A stretch of DNA of 24,366 nt from a virus (taxonomy: Duplodnaviria; Caudoviricetes). A program made the translations under genes and the position numbers. The stretch spans positions 1-24,366 of the IMG/VR virus record IMGVR_UViG_3300021959_000376, one strand, 5' to 3'. Below the pieces are notes generated by a model. It saw nothing but the letters and a program-made list of their open reading frames with translations, ran no database searches and was not told where the DNA came from. Below are positions 10,622-19,200 of this stretch, piece by piece. Each line of letters begins with the position of its first letter. Within the stretch, counting starts at the first letter, position 1.

Positions 10622-10626
10622 AGTAT

Positions 10627-10644
10627 TATAAATAGTTATAAATA
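10627..10644 (+). promoter_or_regulatory. Tandem T4-type late promoters
   Basis: TATAAATA at 10627-10634 and 10637-10644, followed by SD AAGGA and ATG10680. Confidence 0.75.
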
Positions 10645-10679
10645 TAAAAACAAGATAAACATAAAAAAAGGAAAATAAC

Positions 10680-11036
10680 ATGGCTAACGATTTTAAAAGA
10701 GTATGTACACCGAATGTAGGAACAAGTTTAACGACTATCTATGGAGTGCCCGCTGGTGCTAGTTCTTCAGCTCTTGAAACAATCGTTATCGGCATTACAA
10801 TGGCAAATAAGACTACTTCGGGCGTAACCGCAAGTATTTTTATTGACAATGAGGACGGTTCAAATGATGTCTATATTGTTAAGGATGCCACTATTCCTGC
10901 AGGCGCTTCTTTAGAAGTGATGTCGGGTAATAAGCTAGTGTTGATGAACGATGGAACAAACGCAGACAATTTAGAAGCATCCGCAAGTGCTGCTAATAGT
11001 GTAGATGTTACGGTTTCAGTACTCGAAGATGTATAA
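10680..11036 (+). CDS. Small beta-rich virion protein (putative fibre adaptor)
   Basis: 118 aa: MANDFK..ETIVIGITMAN..YIVKDATIPAGASLEVMSGNKLVL..DVTVSVLE. I recognise this as a common marine phage structural hypothetical family. It has a late promoter and an SD. The adaptor function is inferred. Confidence 0.65.
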   Translation: MANDFKRVCTPNVGTSLTTIYGVPAGASSSALETIVIGITMANKTTSGVTASIFIDNEDGSNDVYIVKDATIPAGASLEVMSGNKLVLMNDGTNADNLEASASAANSVDVTVSVLEDV

Positions 11037-11054
11037 ACTATAGGATAATTAAAA

Positions 11055-14000
11055 ATGGCATATTTAGGACAAGCTCCGTTTCAGGAATATAGTTCAGTAC
11101 CAACGAAAGATAATTTCACTGGTGATGGCTCAACAACAGCATTTGATTTAGCGAATACAGTACCAGCTGGTGCCGAAAACGCATTAGAAGTCTATGTTAA
11201 TAATGTAAGACAAGAACCAGGCACAGGCAAGGCATTTACACTAGGTGTTGATGGAAGTGGGGACCTGAAAAGAATTACATTTGCTACTGCGCCGACTAAC
11301 ACCCATGCCATTTATGTAATTAATGACAAAACAAATGCAACTACAATTGCACCAACACCGACTGACTTAAACGGTTCTGAATTAATCTTAGATGCTAATG
11401 CTGACACATCTATTACGGCTGACACAGACGACAGAATTGATTTCAAGATTGCCAATTACGAATCCATTTCATTTGGTAACTCATCTGGTGATGCAATTAT
11501 TAAAGCAATGACCGATGCCAAAGACATTAAATTTCAACAGTATGATGGCAGAACACTTTTAGATATTAATGATGGCGGTTATATTGGAATAGCAAATGGC
11601 GCTACTGGTTCTGGTGAATTAAGAATTTACGAAGATACTGATAACGGCACAAACTATACAGGTTTCAAAGTAGGCGCACAGTCTGCTGATATAGATTATG
11701 TATTACCGACTGCTGACGGTTCTTCGGGACAACTCTTATCAACAAATGGTTCAGGAACTTTAGCTTGGGCGGCTGCAGGAAGCTTGGGTACTGATGCGTT
11801 CTCAAATGACGCCAATAACAGAGTAGTTACAGGAACAGGTTCTTCTACCATTAATGGTGAAGCGAATTTAACCTTTAATGGCTCAACTCTTGCTGTAACC
11901 GGTGCGGTTAATGTTAGTACAAACTTAGATGTTGACGGTATTGCAAACTTAGATGCCGTTGATATTGATGGTGCTGTTCAACTAGACTCTACATTAACAA
12001 TTGGTGCAAACGACCAAGGTTATGATGTCATTCTTTATGGCGATACTGCGAGTGCGAATCTTACTTGGGATACTTCTGCTGATGACTTAATTCTAAACGG
12101 CGCTGCCGGACTTATTGTTCCAGTTGGCCAACTAACACTTGGTTCAACTGCTGTTACTTCAACGGCTGCAGAACTAAATCTATTAGATGGTGTTTCTGGA
12201 CTCGTTCAGGCAGACTTAACAAAACTTGCTGCTGTTGATTCAACGGCCGCAGAACTTAATATTGTTGACGGCGGAACTTCTGCTACATCAACTACTGTCG
12301 CTGATGCAGACAGAGTAGTAATGAACGACAATGGCACAATGGTTCAAGTCGCTGTTACTGACTTGGCTGCATACTTTGATGACGAGATTACGGCAATGCC
12401 TAATCTTGCTTCAGTCGGCACATTGACTGCATTGACTGTTGATGATGTTGCTATAGATGGTAAAGTAATGACAATGACTGGTTCATCTTCAGATACGGCA
12501 GTCTTTACTGCTGGCACAAACGGAACTCTATCAATTGTTACTACAGATGCCGCAGCTGCAGCTGCAAACATACAGATTACTGCTGATGGTACTGCCGAAC
12601 TTGCTGGTACTACAGTTACTTTAGATTCATCTGGCGGAATCACACTAGATGCAGATGGTGGTACAATCACATTTGCTGATGCTGGTTCTTCACTAGGCAC
12701 AATTACTTCAAGTGGATATTCGGGTACGGCTGCGGCTGCTACAACAGTTACAATTACTGATAACGAATCTACAGACGAAAATAATGTTATAGTATTTGTT
12801 GCTGGTGCAGATGCAGATGGTGGTACTGGACTTGGTCTAGAATCAGATGGCAATTTAAACTACAACCCAAGTTCAGGCACATTAAATGTTCCTAATATTA
12901 GTGTTACAGGAACACAGACAATCGTAAACTCTGTAACAATGAATGCCTCAAACGCTGTTATCTTTGAAGGCGCTACTGCTGATGCACACGAAACAACTCT
13001 ATCAACTATAGACGCTACTGGTGATAGAACAATCAATTTACCAAATGTATCAGGTACACTTCCTGTTCTTGCGGCTGCTTCTGCGACTCAAATTACATCT
13101 ACACCTGAAGAATTAAACAAATTAGACGGCGCTACTGTTACTGTAGGAGAAATAAACTTAATAGACGGTGGTGCAACTGTTGGAACTACTGCGTTTGCTG
13201 ATGGAGACGGACTTCTTCATAACGATAACGGCACAATGAAACAAACAAGTGCAGCGACACTTAAAACTTATATGTCTGATTTGACATTAACAACTGCCGC
13301 TCAAACAAATATTACAAGTGTAGGAACATTAAGTGCATTAACTGTTGATAATATGGCATTTAATGGCAACACACTAACGACAACATCTTCAGACTTTATA
13401 ATAGATGCTTCACATGCTATTATACTAGATGCTGATGGTGCTGATATAACCTTAAAAGATGGCGGAACTGCATTTGGAGTACTTAGAAACTCATCAACAG
13501 ACTTTGTAGTTAAATCTCTTACACAAGACAAAGATATCATTTTCCAAGGCAACGATGGTGGTTCTGCTATCACGGCATTAACACTAGATATGTCTGATGC
13601 TGGTACAGCTGTATTTGGTGGTTATGTAAAAATAGCAGATAGTCAAAGAGTTGTTTTTGGTGATGGTAGCGACTTATCAATATATCACGATGGCTCTAAC
13701 AGTTATGTTAATAACCAAGGAACAGGTGATTTATTAATTCGTGGTAATGATGTAAAAATTCAAGATGCTGCTAGTGGTCATAATATGGGAGTTTTTATTG
13801 AAGATGGTGGTGTAGAACTTTATCATAATAATGTAAAGAAATTGGAAACACAATCTGACCATATTCAAATAACTGGTCACTGCTATGCTTCGGGAGGAAG
13901 ATTTGGATTAGATGCCAACGACCATATTGATGTTGAAACAACTACTATACAGTTTTACATTAATGGTGGCGAAGAAATGCGACTTGAGGCTGATGGTGAT

Positions 14001-14354
14001 TTGCATGTTGATGGTGATGTTATCGCTTTCTCAACTACTATTTCAGATGAAAGATTAAAACACGATATAGAGCCTATAACAGATGCTTTAGACAAAGTTA
14101 AACAGTTAAATGGTGTTACATTTACTTATAACGCAGATGATAAAAAGTCAGCAGGTTTAATTGCACAGGATGTTGAAAAAGTACTACCTTCGGCAGTATC
14201 AGAAAAAGAATTACTACTTAAAGAAAATGACGGCAAAAAATACAAAGTCCTACAGTATGACCAAACAATCGGTCTATTAGTAGAATCAATCAAGGAGTTA
14301 TCAACCGCCTTGCAAGAAGCAACAAAAAGAATTGAAACATTGGAGAATAGATAA
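11055..14354 (+). CDS. Long tail fibre protein with C-terminal peptidase S74 intramolecular chaperone (fibre 1)
   Basis: 1099 aa. N-terminal MAYLGxxP..FTGDGSTTAF..VYVNNVRQEP module and a G/T/D/A-rich shaft. Autocleavage motif SDERLK (Ser codon at 14043), then LNGVTFTY, AGLIAQDVEKVLP, Y..IGLLVESIKEL and a coiled coil. Confidence 0.85.
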   Translation: MAYLGQAPFQEYSSVPTKDNFTGDGSTTAFDLANTVPAGAENALEVYVNNVRQEPGTGKAFTLGVDGSGDLKRITFATAPTNTHAIYVINDKTNATTIAPTPTDLNGSELILDANADTSITADTDDRIDFKIANYESISFGNSSGDAIIKAMTDAKDIKFQQYDGRTLLDINDGGYIGIANGATGSGELRIYEDTDNGTNYTGFKVGAQSADIDYVLPTADGSSGQLLSTNGSGTLAWAAAGSLGTDAFSNDANNRVVTGTGSSTINGEANLTFNGSTLAVTGAVNVSTNLDVDGIANLDAVDIDGAVQLDSTLTIGANDQGYDVILYGDTASANLTWDTSADDLILNGAAGLIVPVGQLTLGSTAVTSTAAELNLLDGVSGLVQADLTKLAAVDSTAAELNIVDGGTSATSTTVADADRVVMNDNGTMVQVAVTDLAAYFDDEITAMPNLASVGTLTALTVDDVAIDGKVMTMTGSSSDTAVFTAGTNGTLSIVTTDAAAAAANIQITADGTAELAGTTVTLDSSGGITLDADGGTITFADAGSSLGTITSSGYSGTAAAATTVTITDNESTDENNVIVFVAGADADGGTGLGLESDGNLNYNPSSGTLNVPNISVTGTQTIVNSVTMNASNAVIFEGATADAHETTLSTIDATGDRTINLPNVSGTLPVLAAASATQITSTPEELNKLDGATVTVGEINLIDGGATVGTTAFADGDGLLHNDNGTMKQTSAATLKTYMSDLTLTTAAQTNITSVGTLSALTVDNMAFNGNTLTTTSSDFIIDASHAIILDADGADITLKDGGTAFGVLRNSSTDFVVKSLTQDKDIIFQGNDGGSAITALTLDMSDAGTAVFGGYVKIADSQRVVFGDGSDLSIYHDGSNSYVNNQGTGDLLIRGNDVKIQDAASGHNMGVFIEDGGVELYHNNVKKLETQSDHIQITGHCYASGGRFGLDANDHIDVETTTIQFYINGGEEMRLEADGDLHVDGDVIAFSTTISDERLKHDIEPITDALDKVKQLNGVTFTYNADDKKSAGLIAQDVEKVLPSAVSEKELLLKENDGKKYKVLQYDQTIGLLVESIKELSTALQEATKRIETLENR

Positions 14355-17325
14355 TGTACATAGGAAAACCCCCAGTAAATGGATTTCACACCAAACAACA
14401 AATTTCAGGTGATGGTAGTGAAACAACCTTTACATTAGATTTTACAGTTGCAGATGAAACTTCAATTATAGTTTCAGATAATGCTGTTGTCTTAGAACCA
14501 AAAGTAGGATATAGTTTAGCAATAGGTGGCACTAAGATTGTATTTGCCTCAGCACCTGCAAATGGCCAAAGAACTTATGTACAGTTTTTAGGACAAGCAG
14601 TAGTTCAAAATCTTAGAGACCTTAATGGTTCGGCATTAATTTTAGATGCTAATGGTAATACAACAATGACTGCTGATACAGACGACCAAATAGATTTCAA
14701 ACTTGGCGGTACTGATAAAGTAAGAATGTCAACAACAGCTCTTTCGCCATCAGCGTCTGACGGAACTTCTTTAGGAACATCTGCTCTAGAATGGTCAGAT
14801 TTATTCTTGGCAGACGGTGCTGTAATTAACTTTGGCGATGACCAAGATGTTAGTTTAACTCATGTAGTAGATACAGGACTTTTACTTTCGAGTACAGATA
14901 AATTACAATTTGGTGATAGCGGTACATTTATTCACCAATCATCTAATGGTGTTTTAACAATAGATGGCGAAGTAACTATTGATTTAAATGCTTCTACGGC
15001 AGTTCTTGTTAGTAATGATTTAAAATTAAATAGTGATGCAGCTGTATTAGGACTTGGTGCTGATAATGATGTAACGATAACCCATGTCCACGATACAGGA
15101 ATATTAATCAATAGTAGTAGAAAAATACAATTTAGTGATGCTACCCAATTTATTCACGGTTTGAGTGATACCGTATTAGCATTAGGCGCTACAGACGAAA
15201 TAGACTTAACTGCTACTGCAATTGATATCAATGGTACTTGCGACATAAGTGGACAATTTTCACTTGGCGGCACTAATGTTACTTCAACTGCGGCCGAATT
15301 AAACTTAATAGACGGCGGTACTGCAAGAGGCACAACTGCTGTTGCTTCTGGTGATGGTATATTAATCAATGACGGCGGTACAATGAGAATGACCAATGTC
15401 GATACTGTATCGACTTATTTCTCATCACATAATGTTGGTGGTGGTAATATTGTTACTACTGGTGCATTAGACTCTGGTTCAATCACTTCAGGATTCGGCA
15501 CAATCGACACAGGTTCATCTACAATCACAACGACTGGCGCAATTACTGGCGGTTCTTTAACTGCTGATGATGTTGCTATAAACGGCAAAGTCATCACAAT
15601 GACTGGTTCATCTGGAGATACTTTCACAACAACTGTCGGCACAAACGGCGCAACAACTCTAACAACAGTAGACACCGCAGCCGCAGCTGCAAACATCACA
15701 ATTACTGCTGATGGTACTGCCGAACTCGCCGGAACTACAGTTACTCTTAACTCATCTGGTGGTGTTACATTAGATGCTGACGGCGGCACAATCACATTCG
15801 CAGATGGCGGTTCATCACTTGGTACTATTACATCAAGTGGTTACTCTGGAACATCTGCTGTTGCAACTACTGTAACAGTAACAGACAATGAGTCTACAAA
15901 TGAGAATAATGTTCTTACATTTGTTGCTGGAGCAGATGCAGATGGTGGTAATGTAGGGCTAGAATCAGATGGTAACTTAACATATAACCCAAGTACAGGA
16001 ACACTATCGGCCACAAACCTTGTTGTTTCTGGAACGCAAACGATTACAAACTCTGTAACAATGAACGCCAATAACGCTGTTGTGTTTGAAGGTGCAACGG
16101 CAGACGACCACGAAACAACATTAACATCTATTGATGCGACAGGCGACAGAACAATTTCTTTGCCTAATGTTTCAGGCACTTTACCTGTTCTTGCGGCTGC
16201 TTCTGCTACTGCAATTACAGCAACACCTGCTGAAATCAATCTAATAGACGGCGGAACATCAAGAGGAACAACTGCTGTTGCTTCTGGCGACGGTATTCTA
16301 ACAAATGATGGTGGTACAATGCGTATGACCAATGTTGATACTTTCGATACTTATTTTGCCGCTACAACGAAAACATTAACAAACAAGACATTAACAACGC
16401 CTGTGATAGACACGATTACAAGAACGGGTGATTTTACAATTGATGCTTCTGGAGATATTATTTTAGATGCTGATGGCGCTGAAATAAAATTGAAAGATGG
16501 CGGAACACAGTTTGGTACTCTTTATCAAGATAATTATTGTTTAGCAATTGATAATCCCATTCAAGATTACGACATCAAGTTTAAAGGTAATGATGGTGGT
16601 TCTGGTATCACGGCACTTACACTAGATATGTCTGAGGCGGGTGCTGCTACATTTAACTCAAATGCCTATTTCCCAGATAATGGTAATATTATGATGGGCG
16701 CTGCTCAGGACCTTAAACTATATCACGATGGTTCAAACAGTATTGTTCGAGATTCAGGCACAGGAAGTTTATTTCTTTCAGGTTCAGCCGTTGCAATAAA
16801 GAATGCTGCTGTGGATGAAAATATGATTGTCTGTACTCAAGACGGTGCTGTTCAACTTTATTATAACAATGTTAATAAATATGAAACAACTTCAGGTGGT
16901 GGACAAGTTAATGGTGACTTATATGCAACTGGTGGAAACATTGGATTAGATTCAGGAGATAAACTTGAATTTTCTAACAATGCACATATAAGTTTTGTTG
17001 TTAATGGTGGCGAAGAAGCTCGACTTGAAGCTGATGGTGACTTACATGTTGATGGTGATGTTGTTGCTTTCTCAACAACGATTTCTGATGAAAGATTAAA
17101 AGAAAACATACAACCTATTGGCGATGCATTATCTAAAGTTAGTCAGCTTAATGGTGTTACATTCACATATAAGGCAGATGGTAAAGAGTCTGCTGGACTT
17201 ATTGCACAAGATGTCGAAAAAGTATTACCTTCTGCAATAACAGAAAAAGAGTTACCTTTGAAGATAGATGACGGAAACGAATATAAAGTTCTACAGTATG
17301 ACCAAACAATCGGTCTATTAGTAGA
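14250..17325 (+). repeat. Identical 35-nt repeat in the S74 domains of fibre 1 and fibre 2
   Basis: CTACAGTATGACCAAACAATCGGTCTATTAGTAGA at 14250-14284 and 17291-17325. Confidence 0.85.
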
Positions 17326-17374
17326 GGCAATCAAAGAATTAAAAGCAGAAATAGACGAACTAAAAGGAGAATAA
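14354..17374 (+). CDS. Long tail fibre protein with C-terminal peptidase S74 intramolecular chaperone (fibre 2)
   Basis: 1006 aa, paralogue of fibre 1. TAATG stop/start overlap with GGAG upstream. SDERLK (Ser codon at 17084), GLIAQDVEKVLP and GLLVEAIKELKAEIDELK. Confidence 0.85.
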   Translation: MYIGKPPVNGFHTKQQISGDGSETTFTLDFTVADETSIIVSDNAVVLEPKVGYSLAIGGTKIVFASAPANGQRTYVQFLGQAVVQNLRDLNGSALILDANGNTTMTADTDDQIDFKLGGTDKVRMSTTALSPSASDGTSLGTSALEWSDLFLADGAVINFGDDQDVSLTHVVDTGLLLSSTDKLQFGDSGTFIHQSSNGVLTIDGEVTIDLNASTAVLVSNDLKLNSDAAVLGLGADNDVTITHVHDTGILINSSRKIQFSDATQFIHGLSDTVLALGATDEIDLTATAIDINGTCDISGQFSLGGTNVTSTAAELNLIDGGTARGTTAVASGDGILINDGGTMRMTNVDTVSTYFSSHNVGGGNIVTTGALDSGSITSGFGTIDTGSSTITTTGAITGGSLTADDVAINGKVITMTGSSGDTFTTTVGTNGATTLTTVDTAAAAANITITADGTAELAGTTVTLNSSGGVTLDADGGTITFADGGSSLGTITSSGYSGTSAVATTVTVTDNESTNENNVLTFVAGADADGGNVGLESDGNLTYNPSTGTLSATNLVVSGTQTITNSVTMNANNAVVFEGATADDHETTLTSIDATGDRTISLPNVSGTLPVLAAASATAITATPAEINLIDGGTSRGTTAVASGDGILTNDGGTMRMTNVDTFDTYFAATTKTLTNKTLTTPVIDTITRTGDFTIDASGDIILDADGAEIKLKDGGTQFGTLYQDNYCLAIDNPIQDYDIKFKGNDGGSGITALTLDMSEAGAATFNSNAYFPDNGNIMMGAAQDLKLYHDGSNSIVRDSGTGSLFLSGSAVAIKNAAVDENMIVCTQDGAVQLYYNNVNKYETTSGGGQVNGDLYATGGNIGLDSGDKLEFSNNAHISFVVNGGEEARLEADGDLHVDGDVVAFSTTISDERLKENIQPIGDALSKVSQLNGVTFTYKADGKESAGLIAQDVEKVLPSAITEKELPLKIDDGNEYKVLQYDQTIGLLVEAIKELKAEIDELKGE

Positions 17375-17377
17375 TAT

Positions 17378-18424
17378 ATGGCAATGCAATCAAGCGGACA
17401 AATAGAGATTAGTGAACTCGTTGCTGAATTTGGCGGTTCTGAACCTCATCAACTAAGTGAATATTATGGTGGTGGTGATAATGTGCCACAAGGAGCTAAT
17501 CCCCAATGCCCAACTTCTGGTGAAATACAGATGTCTGATTATTATGACGCTGTAGCAGCAACTGTAATAACTTGTGGTAGTAATACAAACAACTACAACA
17601 TTAAAACTGCTGTACAAAATGCTGGCGGTGACCAAAATACACCAGTTATACTGACTATTAGTAGTGGTGTAACAGTAGGTTCTACATCAACCAGCACTCC
17701 TGCAATGAAAACAGATACAGGTTGGGGCTCAGGAGTAACTATTAACATTACTAATAATGGCTCGATTGTAGGCGCTTCAGGCTCTAACACATCAGCTAGT
17801 CCAGGTTCAGGTGGAGGCGGTGGTGGTACAGGCGGTTCAGGAACATCACAAGCAGTCGGCACATCTGGTGGTACAGGAAACGCAGGTTCAGGAACAGCAG
17901 ATTCTGCTAATAATGGCGGTAACGCTTTTGAACATTCACAAACTGCTGACAATAATTTATCCGTAATTTTCGACACAGCTGGTACACGAACTGGGGGTGC
18001 TGCAGGAACTAAAACTATTACTGGAAACGGTGGTGGCGGAGGCGGCGGCGGACGCTCAGCATGGTGGCAGAATGCCGGCGGCGGTGGCGGTGGTGGTGCA
18101 GCTGGTGGCGGAGGCGGTGGCGGCCGCACTTCTGGTTCATCTGGTGGTGCAAACTCAGGCGGCGGCGGTGGCGCTGGTGCTCCAGGCGGTGGATGGAGTG
18201 GTGCAAACTGTGCCGGATATAATGGTCACGGCGGCAATGGCGGCTCTGGGGGCAGTCTTGGTGCTAGTGGTTCTGGTGGTGCAGGCGGCGGCCCTCGAAC
18301 AAATAATTGCCACGGCGGTCAAGGTGGTCCAGGTGGCGGCTCAGGCGGCTCAGCTGGCTCAAATGGTACTGCCAGTGGTTCAGCGGGTTCTGCTTTAGCG
18401 GGCAATACAGGCCAAATTTCATAA
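17378..18424 (+). CDS. Glycine-rich tail fibre adhesin / receptor-binding protein, gp38(T2/S16)-like
   Basis: 348 aa, directly after an S74-ending fibre as T2/S16 gp38 follows gp37. N-terminal MAMQSSGQIxISEL..EFGG..LSEYY domain, a middle beta region (ITINITNNGSIVG), then many polyglycine runs separated by short loops (RSAWWQN, WSGANCAGYN, PRTNNCH). Confidence 0.7.
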   Translation: MAMQSSGQIEISELVAEFGGSEPHQLSEYYGGGDNVPQGANPQCPTSGEIQMSDYYDAVAATVITCGSNTNNYNIKTAVQNAGGDQNTPVILTISSGVTVGSTSTSTPAMKTDTGWGSGVTINITNNGSIVGASGSNTSASPGSGGGGGGTGGSGTSQAVGTSGGTGNAGSGTADSANNGGNAFEHSQTADNNLSVIFDTAGTRTGGAAGTKTITGNGGGGGGGGRSAWWQNAGGGGGGGAAGGGGGGGRTSGSSGGANSGGGGGAGAPGGGWSGANCAGYNGHGGNGGSGGSLGASGSGGAGGGPRTNNCHGGQGGPGGGSGGSAGSNGTASGSAGSALAGNTGQIS

Positions 18425-18443
18425 AATAAAGGAGAGATAGACA

Positions 18444-18944
18444 ATGGCGATAACATTAAAAGCAAGACGCTCTTCAGGGGACCAGTACACGAATGAAGAT
18501 AATATAGAGCTTGTATTTGATTACTCTGGTGAAGGAAAGATGCATGAAGCATTTGTTACCATCGAACAGGTATCAGGTGTAACAGCAACTCATGGTGGTG
18601 GAGCTCCAGCAGGAGAATGGTTACACTACAAGGCATACGATTTACACGCAGATGATGCTGGTTATATAGATTATACAAACACAAATGTACAGGTACATCA
18701 AAAAACAAAGGGTACATCAGTCATTAAAGTAAAGTGTAAATACATTACAAAAGCACAACATGACGCCTTTAAAACAGCACTTGATGATTGGAATGAAGAA
18801 TATCTGGTTGAAACAGTTTTAAAAGACGGAACATCAATGTTTACACAACCGGATGCTGATGCTCCTGAACAACCAGCATCGACCTTTACTACTTTGACTA
18901 CGGGTAATATTACATTAACATGGGGAGATGATTCTTTTGTATAA
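18444..18944 (+). CDS. Hypothetical protein
   Basis: 166-aa ORF with a strong SD (AAAGGAG), in the tight operon; no family recognised. Confidence 0.7.
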   Translation: MAITLKARRSSGDQYTNEDNIELVFDYSGEGKMHEAFVTIEQVSGVTATHGGGAPAGEWLHYKAYDLHADDAGYIDYTNTNVQVHQKTKGTSVIKVKCKYITKAQHDAFKTALDDWNEEYLVETVLKDGTSMFTQPDADAPEQPASTFTTLTTGNITLTWGDDSFV

Positions 18945-19132
18945 TGCACAAAATTATTGATGAATTTAAGATGCTGTCTAGCGCTGAAGAAGCGGCCGCT
19001 AGACTAGAAATATGTAAGGCATGTGAGCACATGGAAATGAGAATAGGACAAGAAATTTGTCGTGAATGTCTTTGTGTGCTTAGATGGAAGGCAAGAGCAA
19101 AACCAGCACAATGTCCGTTAGGAAAATGGTAA
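18944..19132 (+). CDS. Small Cys-rich putative metal-binding protein (DUF6171-like)
   Basis: 62 aa with a TAATG overlap. Pattern R-L-x-I-C-x2-C-x11-C-x2-C-x-C-x12-C-P-x-G-K-W. Confidence 0.7.
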   Translation: MHKIIDEFKMLSSAEEAAARLEICKACEHMEMRIGQEICRECLCVLRWKARAKPAQCPLGKW

Positions 19133-19166
19133 GATAATCTCTACAATATCCGTATCTATTTGATGA

Positions 19167-19174
19167 TATAAATA
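19167..19174 (+). promoter_or_regulatory. T4-type late promoter (TATAAATA) heading the oxygenase/halogenase cassette
   Basis: Exact consensus in the gap after 19132, followed by SD AGGAG (19191-19195) and ATG19201. Confidence 0.7.
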
Positions 19175-19200
19175 AGGATATAATATAATGAGGAGTGATA

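Noticed and set aside
11055-17374. Diversity-generating retroelement or invertase shufflon
   Set aside because: No reverse transcriptase or recombinase lies in the window. The repeats are direct, both copies are coding, and the differences are not adenine-specific.
17997-18398. Alternative-frame + strand ORF inside the adhesin
   Set aside because: The Ala/Val-rich product is the frame-shifted reading of GGT/GGC runs. No SD or slippery site was noticed.
19160-19189. Possible sigma70 promoter TTGATG-N18-TATAAT, and a short ORF MRSDNEYR from 19188
   Set aside because: The predicted start would cut off the AGGAG SD, and such hexamers are frequent in AT-rich gaps. It is not fully excluded, but the exact late box is the better explanation.
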